Shown in pieces: positions 23,719 to 34,897 of a stretch of 64,000 bases of DNA; position 1 is the stretch's first letter, and each line of letters starts with the position of its first letter. The notes below the pieces were generated by a model. The model saw only the letters and a list, made by a program, of their open reading frames with translations, did no database searches and was not told where the DNA came from. The DNA is from Squalus acanthias. Taxonomy: Eukaryota. The stretch lies in NCBI GenBank assembly GCA_030390025.1, contig CM059431.1:103170001-103234000 (forward strand), in the 5' to 3' direction. The position numbers were made by a program, and so were the translations under genes.

Positions 23719-23863
23719 TGACGTCATTCCATGGTGCAACGCCCTTGTGGCGCCCCGGAGCGGAAATTGAGTGGCGCCCCCTGCCTTACCGCCTGGCGCA
23801 TCCAACGACCGGAAGACTGGAACGCTATCAATCGCTGTGGGGCTGGGGGGGGCGCTATTTAAA
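23719..23863 (+). promoter_or_regulatory. Putative transposase promoter: CRE palindrome plus TATA
   Basis: TGACGTCA at 23719-23726, TATTTAAA at 23856-23863; same layout at 56530/56657 and inverted in the MITEs. Confidence 0.55.
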
Positions 23864-24057
23864 GGGGGCCTCTTCCTGTCTTTTTCTGTGGTTGACATTT
23901 TTGCACCACTCGTTCTGAGAGAGAGAGAGAGATTCGGAGAGAGAGAAAGAGAGACTTCTGCATTGAGTCAACGCTTTGTGAGGTAGTTTTGCCTACTGAT
24001 CCTAACTTCGCTGGTACTTTGATTGCTGTCCTTCATAACTTTGCTTGCAAAGAGACT

Positions 24058-25218
24058 ATGGGGGCTGCACTGATTGGGGGCGTCATCCTGCTCCAGCTGA
24101 ATCGGAGGACACAGAGACGCAGAGAGAGAGTGGCAATGATGGCCAGACGGAGGAGGGCCAACAGGCGTATGTACAGGAGAGCTTACCCTCCCACGGTATA
24201 TCGTGAACAGCTCTCCTACATTCATATGTCTGAGGAGCTGTGTTTGCGAAGGCTGCGATTCAGCAAGGAGGTGGTCACTGAGCTCTGCCACCTGCTGCAG
24301 CCAGATCTGCAGCCTCAACTGAGGTCCAGGATGTCTCTGTCGGGGGCAGTGAAGGTCACAGTGGCTCTCAACTTCTATGCTACTGGCTCATTTCAAGCTG
24401 CTGCTGGGGACCTCGCCAATATCTCCCAGTTCGCGGTGCATTGCTGCATCCGTCAGGTCACAAATGCCCTCTTTAAAAGGAGACGAGAGTTCATCTCTTT
24501 CCCCATGACCCTAGACAAGCAGCGTGACCGCGCTCTGGGCTTTGCGAGGATAGCGGGCTTCCCCATGGTGCAGGGCGCCATTGACTGCACGCATGTGGCT
24601 TTGCGTGCTCCACATGAGAATGCCGAGGATTTCCGGAACAGAAAGGGGTTCCATTCCTTGAATGTTCAGTTGGTCTGTGACCACAGACAGCTGATACTCG
24701 CTGTCAATGCCCACTATCCTGGCAGCTGCCACGATGCTTTCATCCTGCGCCAGACTACTGTGGGAGAACTTTTCGAGGTACCGCATCAGCCAGTTGGTTG
24801 GCTTCTCGGGGACAAGGGGTATCCACTGAGCACCTGGCTGATGACACCGCTCCGTACGCCCAACACCCCTGCTGAGCTGCGGTACAACGAGAGCCATCAA
24901 GCTACCAGGAACATCATTGAGCGCACAATCGGCGTGCTGAAGCAACGGTTCCGCTGTCTCGACCATTCTGGAGGAGCCCTGCAGTACTCGCCTGAGCGAG
25001 TATCCAACTTCGTAGTTGTGTGCTGCATGTTGCCTAACATGGCAATCGTCAGGACCCAGCCAATGCCACCAGGCCTTGGAGCACCACCAGAGGAGGAGGA
25101 GGAAGAGGAGGAAGAGGACGAGGAGGATGATCATCAGCAGCACCAAGGCGGGATGGCGGCCCACAATGGTGAAGCTGCAAGGGCCGTCCGTCAACGGCTG
25201 ATAGCAAGCCGCTTCTAG
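24058..25218 (+). CDS. Harbinger DDE transposase (HARBI1-like), 386 aa
   Basis: GAIDCTH, RKGFHSLNVQ, HDAFIL, LLGDKGY, NIIERTIGVLKQRFRCL; acidic tail; CCMLPN where sister copies have CCMLHN. Confidence 0.93.
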   Translation: MGAALIGGVILLQLNRRTQRRRERVAMMARRRRANRRMYRRAYPPTVYREQLSYIHMSEELCLRRLRFSKEVVTELCHLLQPDLQPQLRSRMSLSGAVKVTVALNFYATGSFQAAAGDLANISQFAVHCCIRQVTNALFKRRREFISFPMTLDKQRDRALGFARIAGFPMVQGAIDCTHVALRAPHENAEDFRNRKGFHSLNVQLVCDHRQLILAVNAHYPGSCHDAFILRQTTVGELFEVPHQPVGWLLGDKGYPLSTWLMTPLRTPNTPAELRYNESHQATRNIIERTIGVLKQRFRCLDHSGGALQYSPERVSNFVVVCCMLPNMAIVRTQPMPPGLGAPPEEEEEEEEEDEEDDHQQHQGGMAAHNGEAARAVRQRLIASRF

Positions 25219-25530
25219 GGCCCCTGCTGTGGAAATGGCTTCTGCCATTGCTAACAACATCAATGAACCCAGCACGCAACCCCTAAGCCGGCCAAGGCAC
25301 CAATGATTCCAAACACCAAACATGTATATTTTGAATACAAAAACTTATTTATTTTACAAACTCTGTGTGTGTCATTTCCTCATGACAAACTCATAGAAAT
25401 AAACACAAAAAAACAGTCATTAATATAACTGGTTCTCACAACCTGGAGATAATGTCCAAAACACTAGACAAAAGTTGGACCACGAACCTCGGCCTTTAAT
25501 AAAAAAATGACCAGCATTTTGTCACACCTC

Positions 25531-27404
25531 CTACTTTTTGCCCTTCGAGGGTGATCTCCTTCCCTTGCGCACTTCCCCCCTTCTAACCCTACTGCTCCTC
25601 CGTAATGGGACCTCAGTGGCTGCAGCAAGGCTGGTGGAAGGCTGCTGATTGTCAGACCCTGACACTGCAGATGCCCCTGAAGGACGGCCTCGACCAGTTC
25701 TGGGCCTGGAGGGCCCGGCTGCAGACTGCACCAACTCTGCATGGGCAGCAGCAGTCTGTCCTACAGGCGGTGGCAAGTGCAGTGGAGAAGTGACAGTGTT
25801 GGCAGCAGGAATGCTGTCATCGTGAGAGATGACAGCAACTCCCTGCTCGACCGACACACTGGCACTCCCATGGGGCAGCACTTCAGCATCCGGAGCAATC
25901 TGCTGGAGCACAGATTGCTGGCCTGCTGCGGCGCGGTGAGAGCCCCGGGGACATGTGAACGAACCATCGAGGTTGGCAGCAGTCAGTGCTCGCGTGGCCT
26001 CAATCTGAGTCTGCATGAGAGCAGTCAGAGATGGGATCACGGCAGTCAGTGACTGAATTGCAGCACTAAGCTTTAGTGTGGCATCCGCCTGTGCTACAGC
26101 AAAGTGCTCCACACTCCTTGCCAGTGACTCAATGCATTCGGGCACCCTTCCCACTGCACCCATGAGCTCAGTGTGCATGCCCACCGCCTGGGTGTTCATT
26201 TCTGCGATCAGCCGCTCCTCCTCTGCGTCCATTGCAGTAGGAGTCTCTGGCATACTCTCCCTCTGGGGAGAAGGCCCCCGTTCTTCCCTACCCCCATGGC
26301 GTTGCTGCAGCCCGCTGGGTCCTGGAGCTTCACCCTCATCAGACCCTTCCCCCCTGCTCCCCTCCAGGGAAGGCGTGTTCCCAGTGTGGGCATGGGCTTC
26401 CTCGGGAGAGGGTGGCACTGATGCTCCGGCTTCCTCTTCCTCCTCGGCTGCAGCTTCACTCCCACTGGCAGCTTCAGGGCCCGTCTCCTCAGCTGGTGAA
26501 TCACCATCTGAAAGCAGGGAGGTACAAGAGTGGCTTTAGCGTGAGGACAGGGTGGCAGTAAGGGAGGAATAAGTGCAGCGAGTTAGCAAGTTGGATTGAA
26601 AGTGTCAAAGGCTGGTGTTGTGAGGGACAAGTGGAAGGACAGAGGACAAAAAGGTGATGACCTTACCATTGCTGTCCAGAACGGGGTCGGCGTCTCCAGT
26701 GGCGACGGGACCGATCACCCGGCTTGCCACAATCCTGTGGATGCGCTCCTCAAGATCGCTGAGGGGTTGCAGCTGAGGCTGCCCTCCACCTGTCCGTTGC
26801 TGCTGTCTCCTATTATGCGCCAGCTTGGCCTGCAAGAAAAAGGACAGCATCTGAGTAAATATACAGCCATGGTCTTGCCTGATGTGCCTCCCATAGGTGA
26901 ATAGCCCTTACTGTATACAGCCATGGTCTTGCCTGATGTGCCTCCCATAGGTGAATAGCCCTTACTGTATACAGTCATGGTCTTGCCTGATGTGCCTCCC
27001 ATAGGTGAATAGCCCTTACTGTATGCAAAGTGTGGAATGTGTGTGTGTGTTTCATGAAAGGGCCATAGGTGTTGGATGAGTGTTGTGCATTGCGGTTTTA
27101 AGACCCTCTGGCCATAGAGTGAGGTTGAGATGGAGGGATGGAGAGGTATTGAGAAAAAGCCACTCACCCTGACGACCCGAGTGAGGTCGTTGAACTTTTT
27201 GCGGCATTGAACATGGGTCCTGGGCACCATGCTCCTGGAGGAGACGCTCTGAGCCACCTCCCTCCACACTCTTCTGTACTCGCGTGGCAAAGGCCTCCTG
27301 CCACTCTCAGGGAAGAGTATGGATCTTCTGCGCTCCACCGCGCCAACCAGAGCATCCAAGGCCCGCTCGGTGAAGCGCTGAGCTCGTTCTCTCACCCTCT
27401 CCAT
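25531..27404 (-). CDS. Harbinger Myb/SANT-like DNA-binding protein, 3 exons (27404-27168, 26829-26667, 26507-25531), 458 aa
   Basis: RFTERALDALV..WREVA..RTHVQCRKKFNDL trihelix motif; GT-AG introns join in frame (237+163+977 nt); basic C-terminus. Confidence 0.85.
26860..27022. repeat. 54-bp tandem repeat x3 in intron 1 of the Myb/SANT gene
   Basis: Unit ATACAGCCATGGTCTTGCCTGATGTGCCTCCCATAGGTGAATAGCCCTTACTGT. Confidence 0.95.
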
Positions 27405-28983
27405 CCTTGGCTGCAAAATGGATTCACAGGTCTCTCCAGGCCGAGATTCAAGGCTGCAATGAGCAGGGTGTGGCTGGGGAGCAAGTTGGCCCCCCCCTTT
27501 ATGAACTGGCCGGCGCCAGTGTGTCTGTGTTCCCTCGCTAACTGGCAGCACCTGCGCTGCACTCGCGCGCTGAGTTAGCGCCTCACTGCTTGGCCTTTGC
27601 GCCTTAAGACAGGTGTGCAGCGCCTGATTTAGCGCTCCACTCACTTCCCGGGGCGGTAAAAGTGAAGTTTCCAGTCAGTGGCGATAATTAGCGCCAGGCG
27701 CTAATTTTTGCGTCCAGACGATATTTGCGCCCCAAACGGGGCGCAACCTAATTTTTCCCCCTTTGTGTCCTCCTCACAACTTGCTTTCCCACCTAACTTT
27801 GTATCGTCAGCAAATTTGGCTACAGTACACTCGGTCCCTTCATCCAAGTCATTAATATAGATTGTAACTAGTTGAGTCCCCAGCACTGATCCCTGTGGCA
27901 CCCCACTAGTTACAGTTTGCCAACCGGAAAATGACCCATTTATTCCGACTCTCTGTTTTCTGTCAGTCAGCCAATCCTCTATCCAGTCTAATATATTACC
28001 CCCAACCCCGTGCGCTCTTATCTTGTGCAGTAACCTTTTATGCGGCACCTTATCGAATGCCTTGTGGAAGTCCAAATAAACCACATTTTGCATCACAAGC
28101 AAGCTCGATCATGTCCCTATTGTATACTTGCACATGTAAATTAGCAGCAAGTGTCACGGAATAGTAATCAGGAGCAGGAACTCTGGTTCATTTTATTCCA
28201 CGCCCTCCATCACCATCCTGAAAACCAAGAGATGGGGTGGGGGGCGGGGGGGGGGGGGTGCATTCTGTCTTCCTGATGTATGTGTCTCTATAATAACGCC
28301 ATTGACCCACGGAGCCACTGCAGCAGGCAAATCGTCATACCCCACACAGTTAATTTTACAGGGGATGGTATACTTGGCACAGGATTTGTGCAGCGCTGTT
28401 TATGCAAATTAATAAAAGCACAGTTTGTTATATTTGTGTATCAGTCTGTTTCATTGCGGTTTGTAAATCGACCCACTTTTGCAGGAAGTTGCTGAGTGTA
28501 AACGAAGGCAAGTGTTGGATCAAAACGGTCTACGTTTTGCTCCAACGCATGGAGATAGTTGGGGAACATTTCACACTTAGGTTCACACCTAGCGACTTAA
28601 TTATCTGCCTGGCTGAGCAATGAGAGTGGGGAAGCATTTTGGTAGAACGTACGCTCAGATTAAATTTGGATTACTTCGGAATGAATTAGCGTTTCATGCA
28701 CGCCGGCTGCTACCCTATCCACGAGCATTGCAATTTAAAAAAAACATTCATTCTCGGGATGTGGGTGCCGCTGGCAATGCCAGCATTTATTGCCCCCTCC
28801 CCAATGGCCCTCGAGAAGGTGGTCTTGAACCGCTGCAGTCCGTGAAATGCGTGCATTGTTTATAAAATAAAAGGCATGGTAAATAAAAACCAAGACCGGC
28901 TTAGTGACCAGCACCAATGCCACACCTTGTAGCCATGTGAAGTTAAAGCCAAGTTTGGAAGTTATTCATTGCATCCTTTATTT

Positions 28984-29979
28984 TTCTCTCTTAGGCAGTC
29001 CCTCGGAACCGAGGATGGCTTGCTTCCACATTAAAAATGAGTTCTCGGGTGACTGATGAGTCCAATGCGGGACCTACAGTCTCTGTCACAGGTGGGGCAG
29101 ACGGTGGTTGAAGGGGTGGGTGGGTGGGGTGCTTGGGTTGACGTGCGCTCCTTGCGCTGCCTGCGCTTGGCTTCCGCTTGCTCCCGGCGAAGAGACTCGA
29201 GGTGTTCGGCGCCTTCCCGGATGCTTCTCCTCCACTTTGTGCTCTTGGTCTTGGGCCAGGGATTCCCAGGTGTCGGTGGGGATGTTGCACTTTTTCAAGG
29301 AGGCTTTGAGGGTGTCCTTGAAGTGTTTCCTCTACCCACCTGGGGCTCTCCTGCCGTGCCGGAGCTCCGAGTAGAGCGCTTGTTTTGGGATTCTCGTATC
29401 GGGCATGCAGACGATGTGACTCGTCCATTGGAGCTGATCGAGCGTGGTCAAAGCTTCGATGCTGGGGATGTTGGCCTGAGCGAGAACACTGACGTTGGTG
29501 CGCCTATCCTGCCAATGGATTTGCAGGATCTTGTGGAGGCAGCGTTGGTGGTACCTCTCCAGTGCTTTGAGGTGCCTGCTGTACATGGTCCATGTCTCTG
29601 AGGCATACAGCAGGGCGGGTATCACTGCTGCTCTGTAGACCATGAGCTTAGTGCCGGGTTTGAGGTACTGGTCTTCAAACACTCTCTTCCTCAGGCGACC
29701 GAAGGCTGCACTGGCACACTGAAAGCGGTGTTGGACTTCGTCATCGACGTCTGCCCTTGTTGACAGTAGGCTCCCAAGGTATGGAAAGTGGTCCACGTTG
29801 TCCAAGGCCTTGTCGTGGATTTTGATAATTGGGGGGCAGTACTGTGTGGCGGGGGCAGGTTGGTAGAGGACCTTTGTCTTACGGATGTTCAGTGTAAGGC
29901 CCATGCTCTCGTACGCTTTGGTGAAGGTGCTGACGATGGTTTGGAGTTCGACCTCCGAGTGAGCGCAGACGCAAGCGTC
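28984..29979 (-). mobile_element. RTE-clade LINE 3' fragment with 47-bp TSD
   Basis: GLTLNIRKTKVL..FPYLGS..LLYASETW..RIPKQALYSEL; identical 47-mers at 28937-28983 and 29980-30026. Confidence 0.9.
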
Positions 29980-30550
29980 GTGAAGTTAAAGCCAAGTTTG
30001 GAAGTTATTCATTGCATCCTTTATTTAATAGCTACCTCACTGCTCTCTACCCATGCGATGAAGATAGGTGAGTCTTAAGGTGGTAATTTTAACCTAACTC
30101 CTTAATCTTCTTTACTCGAGGGAATAAAAGCCTAGTTTATGCAACCTGTCCTCATAATGTAATCCTTTCAGCCCCGGTTAGTTCTGGTGAAACTGCGCTG
30201 CACCCCCACCATGGCCAATATATCCTTCCTGGGCTTACCGGGCGGGAATCTGAAGGGATCAGGTGGCACCCTAGTTTTACACCCTGCCCAATTTTACTCT
30301 CCGTTCAAGTAATTGGAGAGCAATATTGGGTGGTGGTGTAAAATCAGTGGTCCACCCGATTCCGTGGGATTCCCGCCCGGTCAGTTCGGGTTAAATTGCC
30401 CCCAAGCAGAAAAGGCTAAGTTTTGAACTGATTAGAGTGTGACACACTGCAGATACAGGGGTCCTTTTTCACTTGTATTGCCTGGTGTTAACGGAGACCA
30501 AATAAGGACAGAGGTCTTACCGCCCCGTTAACACCGGTGGGCGACATTTG

Positions 30551-31013
30551 AAAGAAAAACTTGCATTTATACAGCGCCTTTCACGACCTCAGCACATCCC
30601 AAATGCTTTACAGCAAATGGACAATGAAGTACTTTTTTGGAGTGTGGTCACTGTTGTAATGTAGGAAGCGTGGGAGCCAATTTACGCACAGCAAGCTCCC
30701 ACAAATAGCAATGTGATAATGGCCGGATAATCTGTATTTTAGTGAGGGGTAAATATTGGCCAGGACACAGGGAGAACTCCCCTGCTCTTCTTCAAAATAG
30801 TGCCTCGGGATCTTTTGCGTCCACCTGAGAGGACGCAAAAGTCTAAAGTTTAACGTCTCATCTGAAAGACGGCACCTCCAACAGTGCAGCGCTCCCTCAG
30901 CACTGCACTGGGAGTGTCAGCCTAGATTTTGTGCTCAAGTCTCTGGAGTGGGACTTGAACCCACAACCTTCTGACTCACAAGCAACAGCGCTGCCCACTG
31001 AGCCACGGCTGAC
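30551..31013 (-). mobile_element. Deu-domain tRNA SINE, full length
   Basis: Reverse-complement homologue of 527-987. Confidence 0.88.
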
Positions 31014-31094
31014 ATCTGTTGACGAAAAGTTCCTACTGCTGGGTGCCTAGAGCACGCGCCTGTCTCAGGCAGTAGGCCTCATTTAACATTTAGC

Positions 31095-31637
31095 GTACTG
31101 TGTTCAGTTCTGGGCACCACACCTCAGGAAGAATATGTTAGCCTCGGAGGGGGTGCAGCGCAGATTCGCCAGAGCAATACTGGGGCTGAAAGGATTACAT
31201 TATGAGGACAGGTAGCATAGACTAGGCTTGTATTCCCTCGAGTGTAGAAGATTAAGGGGTGATCGAATCGAGCTGTTTAAGATGATTAAAGGATTCAATA
31301 GGGTCGATAGAGAGAAACTATTTCCTCTGGTGGGGGGAGTCCAGAACAAGGGGGCACAACCTTAAAATTAGAGCCAGGCCGTTCAGGGGTGATGTCAGGA
31401 AGCACTTCTTCACACAAAGGGTGGTGGAAATCTGGAACTCTCTCCCCCAAAAAGCTGTTGAGGCTGGGGGTCAATTGAAAATTTCCAAACTGAGATTGAT
31501 AGATTTTTGTTGGGCAAGGGTATTAAGGGTTACGGAACCAAGTCGGGTAGATGGAGATAAGATACAGATCAGCCGTGATCTGATTGAATGGCGGGACAGG
31601 TTCGAGGGGCTGAATGGCCTCCTCCTCTTCCTATGTA
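31095..31637 (+). mobile_element. CR1 LINE 3' fragment
   Basis: YCVQFW start, EIWNSLPQKAVEA, CR1 3' UTR. Confidence 0.85.
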
Positions 31638-32859
31638 AATTCTGGCGTAATATCGGCATAAGTTGGATCGAGGAAATTCCGAGTCATTTGCTTTACCTCC
31701 AAAGAAAAAGAGAAGCTTCCGAAAATACACTCAAAGCATCTCCAAGTAGGTCATTAGGATGCATTTGAAATAATAAAAAGTCCTTTTGCCATAAGAAATT
31801 TGATTCCTTTTAGCAATTCATAAATCATATTAAAACCACAGACTTCTATACCAATTGTTTGGTTGAAGTAAAATATATATCATTAAATTACTCACATTGA
31901 CCAACAGGAACTTAAGATATGGTCCAACCCTTGTCTTTAACGAATGTTCACATCAGTTGTTAATGTAAGCATGCCAGCTTCAAATCAGTGATGCGAACCT
32001 AATATTGTCATACTCGGGGCATAAAAGCTAGTTTTACATGATAACTTTCAGTCCCCCCCGCCCCCCCCGCACACACACACACACAGACAGACAGAACTCC
32101 TGGGGAGCTGGTGTGACTGAATTATTCACAACATTCGCAGTGCAGTTCCCGCTTATCTCAAGCGAATTATCTTCAATACATATTTATTTACTCTCAGAGC
32201 GTCCGGTGCTCTCTGAAGGACGGCCATTGTGCTGATTGTGTTACGTGAGGTCCACTGGGAATTTGCTAAACAGTAGCTGGGGACACCCGAGCACCAAATA
32301 CCAGATGTCATTTGAGGATACAGGAAAAAACAGCAAGCTGTAAATCCATCTGTTCAGGATGCATGCAGGTTTATGAATCCCTTAAGCTTTATGTCTCAAT
32401 CCTGATAACAAATATCAACAAAGAAGACCGAGAATTTCTTACTTTTCGCTCCAGATTTTTGAATTCGATAATGCACCGTGCATTTAATGAAAATCTCTGT
32501 GTGCCATTTGTCAAAAACCATACAGGAGACATAGGTCATTCATGCAACTGCTCTGCCCGGCTGAGATGCTGGGTGAGGGGTGGAGCGGTGACGTCTTGAG
32601 AGTTGAGTGTGGGCCAACTCTTTGATTGTTTTCTCTCAGCCGCCCCTTGGACGCGCCCTTAGTAACAGCGTGAGAGGCGCATCGTAAGATAGGATGTAAT
32701 CAGGTGTAATAGGACTGAATGCATGGTCAGGGAAGCTAAACAAAACAGTCAAAGAGCCATACTTCAGTCACAGAAGTAGGGAGTGATAGGCTGCTTATGG
32801 TACAGAAAGCTTAAGAACTTGTGCCTGTTGGAGGCATTGGACAACGGATCGGAGCACAA

Positions 32860-33498
32860 ACCAAGCACTAGGATTTATTTCTAGAGGGATTGAATTGAAA
32901 AGTAGAGAAGTTATGCTAAACTTGTATCAAACCTTGGTTAGACCACACTTGGAGTACTGTGTACAGTTCTGGTCGCGATATTATAAAAAGGATATAGAGG
33001 CACTGGAGAGGGTGCAGAGAAGATTTACAAGGACAATACCAGAAATGCGAGGGTATACATATCAGGAAAGGATTAACAGGCTGGGTCTCTTTACTCTTGA
33101 AAAGAGAAGGCTGAGGGGGTGACCTAATAGAGGTCTTTAAAATTATGAAAGGTTTTGATAGAGTGGATACAGAGAGAATGTTTCCACTTGTGGGGAAGAG
33201 CAAAACTAGAGGCCATCAATATAAGATAGTCACCAAGAAATCCAGTAGGGAATTCAGAAGAAACTTCTTTACCCAGAGAGCGGTGAGAATGTGGAACTCG
33301 CTACCACAGGGAGTGGTTGAGGCGAATAGTATAGATGCATTTAAGGGGAGGCTGGACAAGCATATGAGGGAGAAGGGAATAGAGGGTTATGCTGATAGAG
33401 TTAGATGAGGAAAGACGGGAGGAGGCTCGAGTGGAGCACAAACGCCGGCATGGACTGGTTGGGTCGAATGGCCTGTTTCTGTTCTATATTCTATGTAA
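32860..33498 (+). mobile_element. CR1 LINE 3' fragment (same subfamily as 1425-2160)
   Basis: LYQTLVRPHLEYCVQFW..WNSLPQGVVEA. Confidence 0.9.
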
Positions 33499-33519
33499 CC
33501 CATGGCGGCATTCAGACTG

Positions 33520-34100
33520 TGACCATTGGGTCTCGGGGGTGTTCAGGATCGGAGAGCTGCCATTAGACCAGCCAGCCCGCTGGCCAGGCGGAGCCACAGA
33601 TCCAGGGCCCAGCAGAATGACGATGTCTGAAGCCCACCTGCTTCATGTCTGAGGACTCATTAACTGCATCCACGGGCTTCTTCAGAGCAGATCGCAACTT
33701 TAATGAATTGCAAAGGATTCCACTCCAGTAACGTGCAACCACCAGCAATGCATCACGCAGGTCTGTACCTGCTTTCCTGGCAGCGTCCACGATGCATTTA
33801 TATTGCGGTAATACTCCATCCCCCGCCCCCCCGCCCCCCCCCACTCTTTGCAGCTGCTTGGAGACAAGGGCTATCCCCTGCACAACCTTGGCTGACGAGT
33901 CCTCTCAGGAGCCCGCACTCAGCAGCCGAACTACAATCACATCCACAGGTCAACTCATGAGCTGACAGTTGGAGTCCTGAAGCAACGGCTCCCCTGCCTG
34001 GACGGGTCTGGTGACTTCGTCCATCAGAGACCACAAAGAGTGTCCTGTATGATAGCGATTTGCTGCCAGCTGCGTAACTTTCTCTGCAACACATGGAGCC
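33520..34100 (+). pseudogene. Fossil Harbinger transposase
   Basis: Remnants KGFHSSNVQ, HDAFILR, LLGDKGYPL, GVLKQR..CLD with frameshifts. Confidence 0.75.
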
Positions 34101-34299
34101 ATCGTTGGATGAGAACCTTCAGCAAGCTGAGTTAGACGACACTGGTGACATGGAGTCATAACGGCACAGAAGGAGGCCACTCAGCCCATCGAGTCCATGC
34201 CAGCTCTCTGTACAGCAATCCAGTCAGTACTGTTCCCCGCTCTATCCCCGTAGCCCTGCAAGTTTATTTCCCTCCACTGGACCCAACTTTTGTTTCTTT

Positions 34300-34897
34300 A
34301 CCCTCCCCCCAGCACCAGCCCACTCCCCCCCTCCCCCACCCCCAACCCACTCCCCCCCTCCCCCACCCCACTCCCCCCCCACCCCCACCCCCAGCCCACT
34401 CCCCCCCACCCCCAGCACCAGCCCACTCCCCCTCTCCCCCACCCCCAGCCCACTCCCCCCCTCCCCCACCCCCAGCCCACTCCCCCACCCCCCCACCCCC
34501 AGCCCACTCCCCCCCTCCTCCACCCCCAGCCCACTCCCCCCCATCCCCACCCCCAGCTCACTCCCCCCACCCCCACCCCCAGCCCACTCCCCCCCACCCC
34601 CAGCACCGGCCCACTCCCCCCCCACCCCCAGCCCCCCCCCTCCCCCCCCACCCCCACCCCCAGCCCACACCCCCCCCTCCCCCAGCACCAGCCCACAACC
34701 CCCTCCCCCCGCACCAGCCCACTCCCCCCCTCCCCCAGCACCAGCCCACTCCCCCCTCCCCCAGCACCAGCCCACTCCCCCCCACCCCCACCCCCAGCCC
34801 ACTCCCCCCCACCCCCACCCCCAGCCCACTCCCCCCCACCCCCACCCCCAGCCCACTCCCCCCCTCCCCCAGCACCAGCCCACTCCCCCCCTCCCCC
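34300..34897. repeat. C-rich minisatellite, about 21-bp unit CCCCCACCCCCAGCCCACTCC
   Basis: Roughly 25-30 imperfect tandem units; source of the Pro/Gly-rich ORFs. Confidence 0.95.

Larger units (their letters stand above)
23547..27761 (+). mobile_element. Complete two-gene PIF/Harbinger transposon (element A)
   Basis: 12-bp TIRs GGGGTAAAAATT / AATTTTTCCCCC, 3-bp TSD TTT (23544-23546, 27762-27764), convergent transposase and Myb/SANT genes. Confidence 0.95.
22676..28085 (-). mobile_element. CR1 LINE RT-to-3' fragment split by Harbinger insertion
   Basis: RT (YLDFHKAFD..FADDTKLGGKASCEEDTK) at 27765-28085 continues at 23546-22676; ATAAGAAC-type tail. Confidence 0.92.

Noticed and set aside
24058..25218. 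Host HARBI1 gene (and NAIF1/MSANTD for the partner)
   Set aside because: Inside TIRs with a TSD, multicopy in the window and paired with a convergent accessory gene; these are transposon genes
24511..25323. 270-aa antisense ORF (also 52351-53157)
   Set aside because: Shadow of the GC-rich transposase frame; hydrophobic run comes from the antisense (GAG)n tract; no recognisable domain
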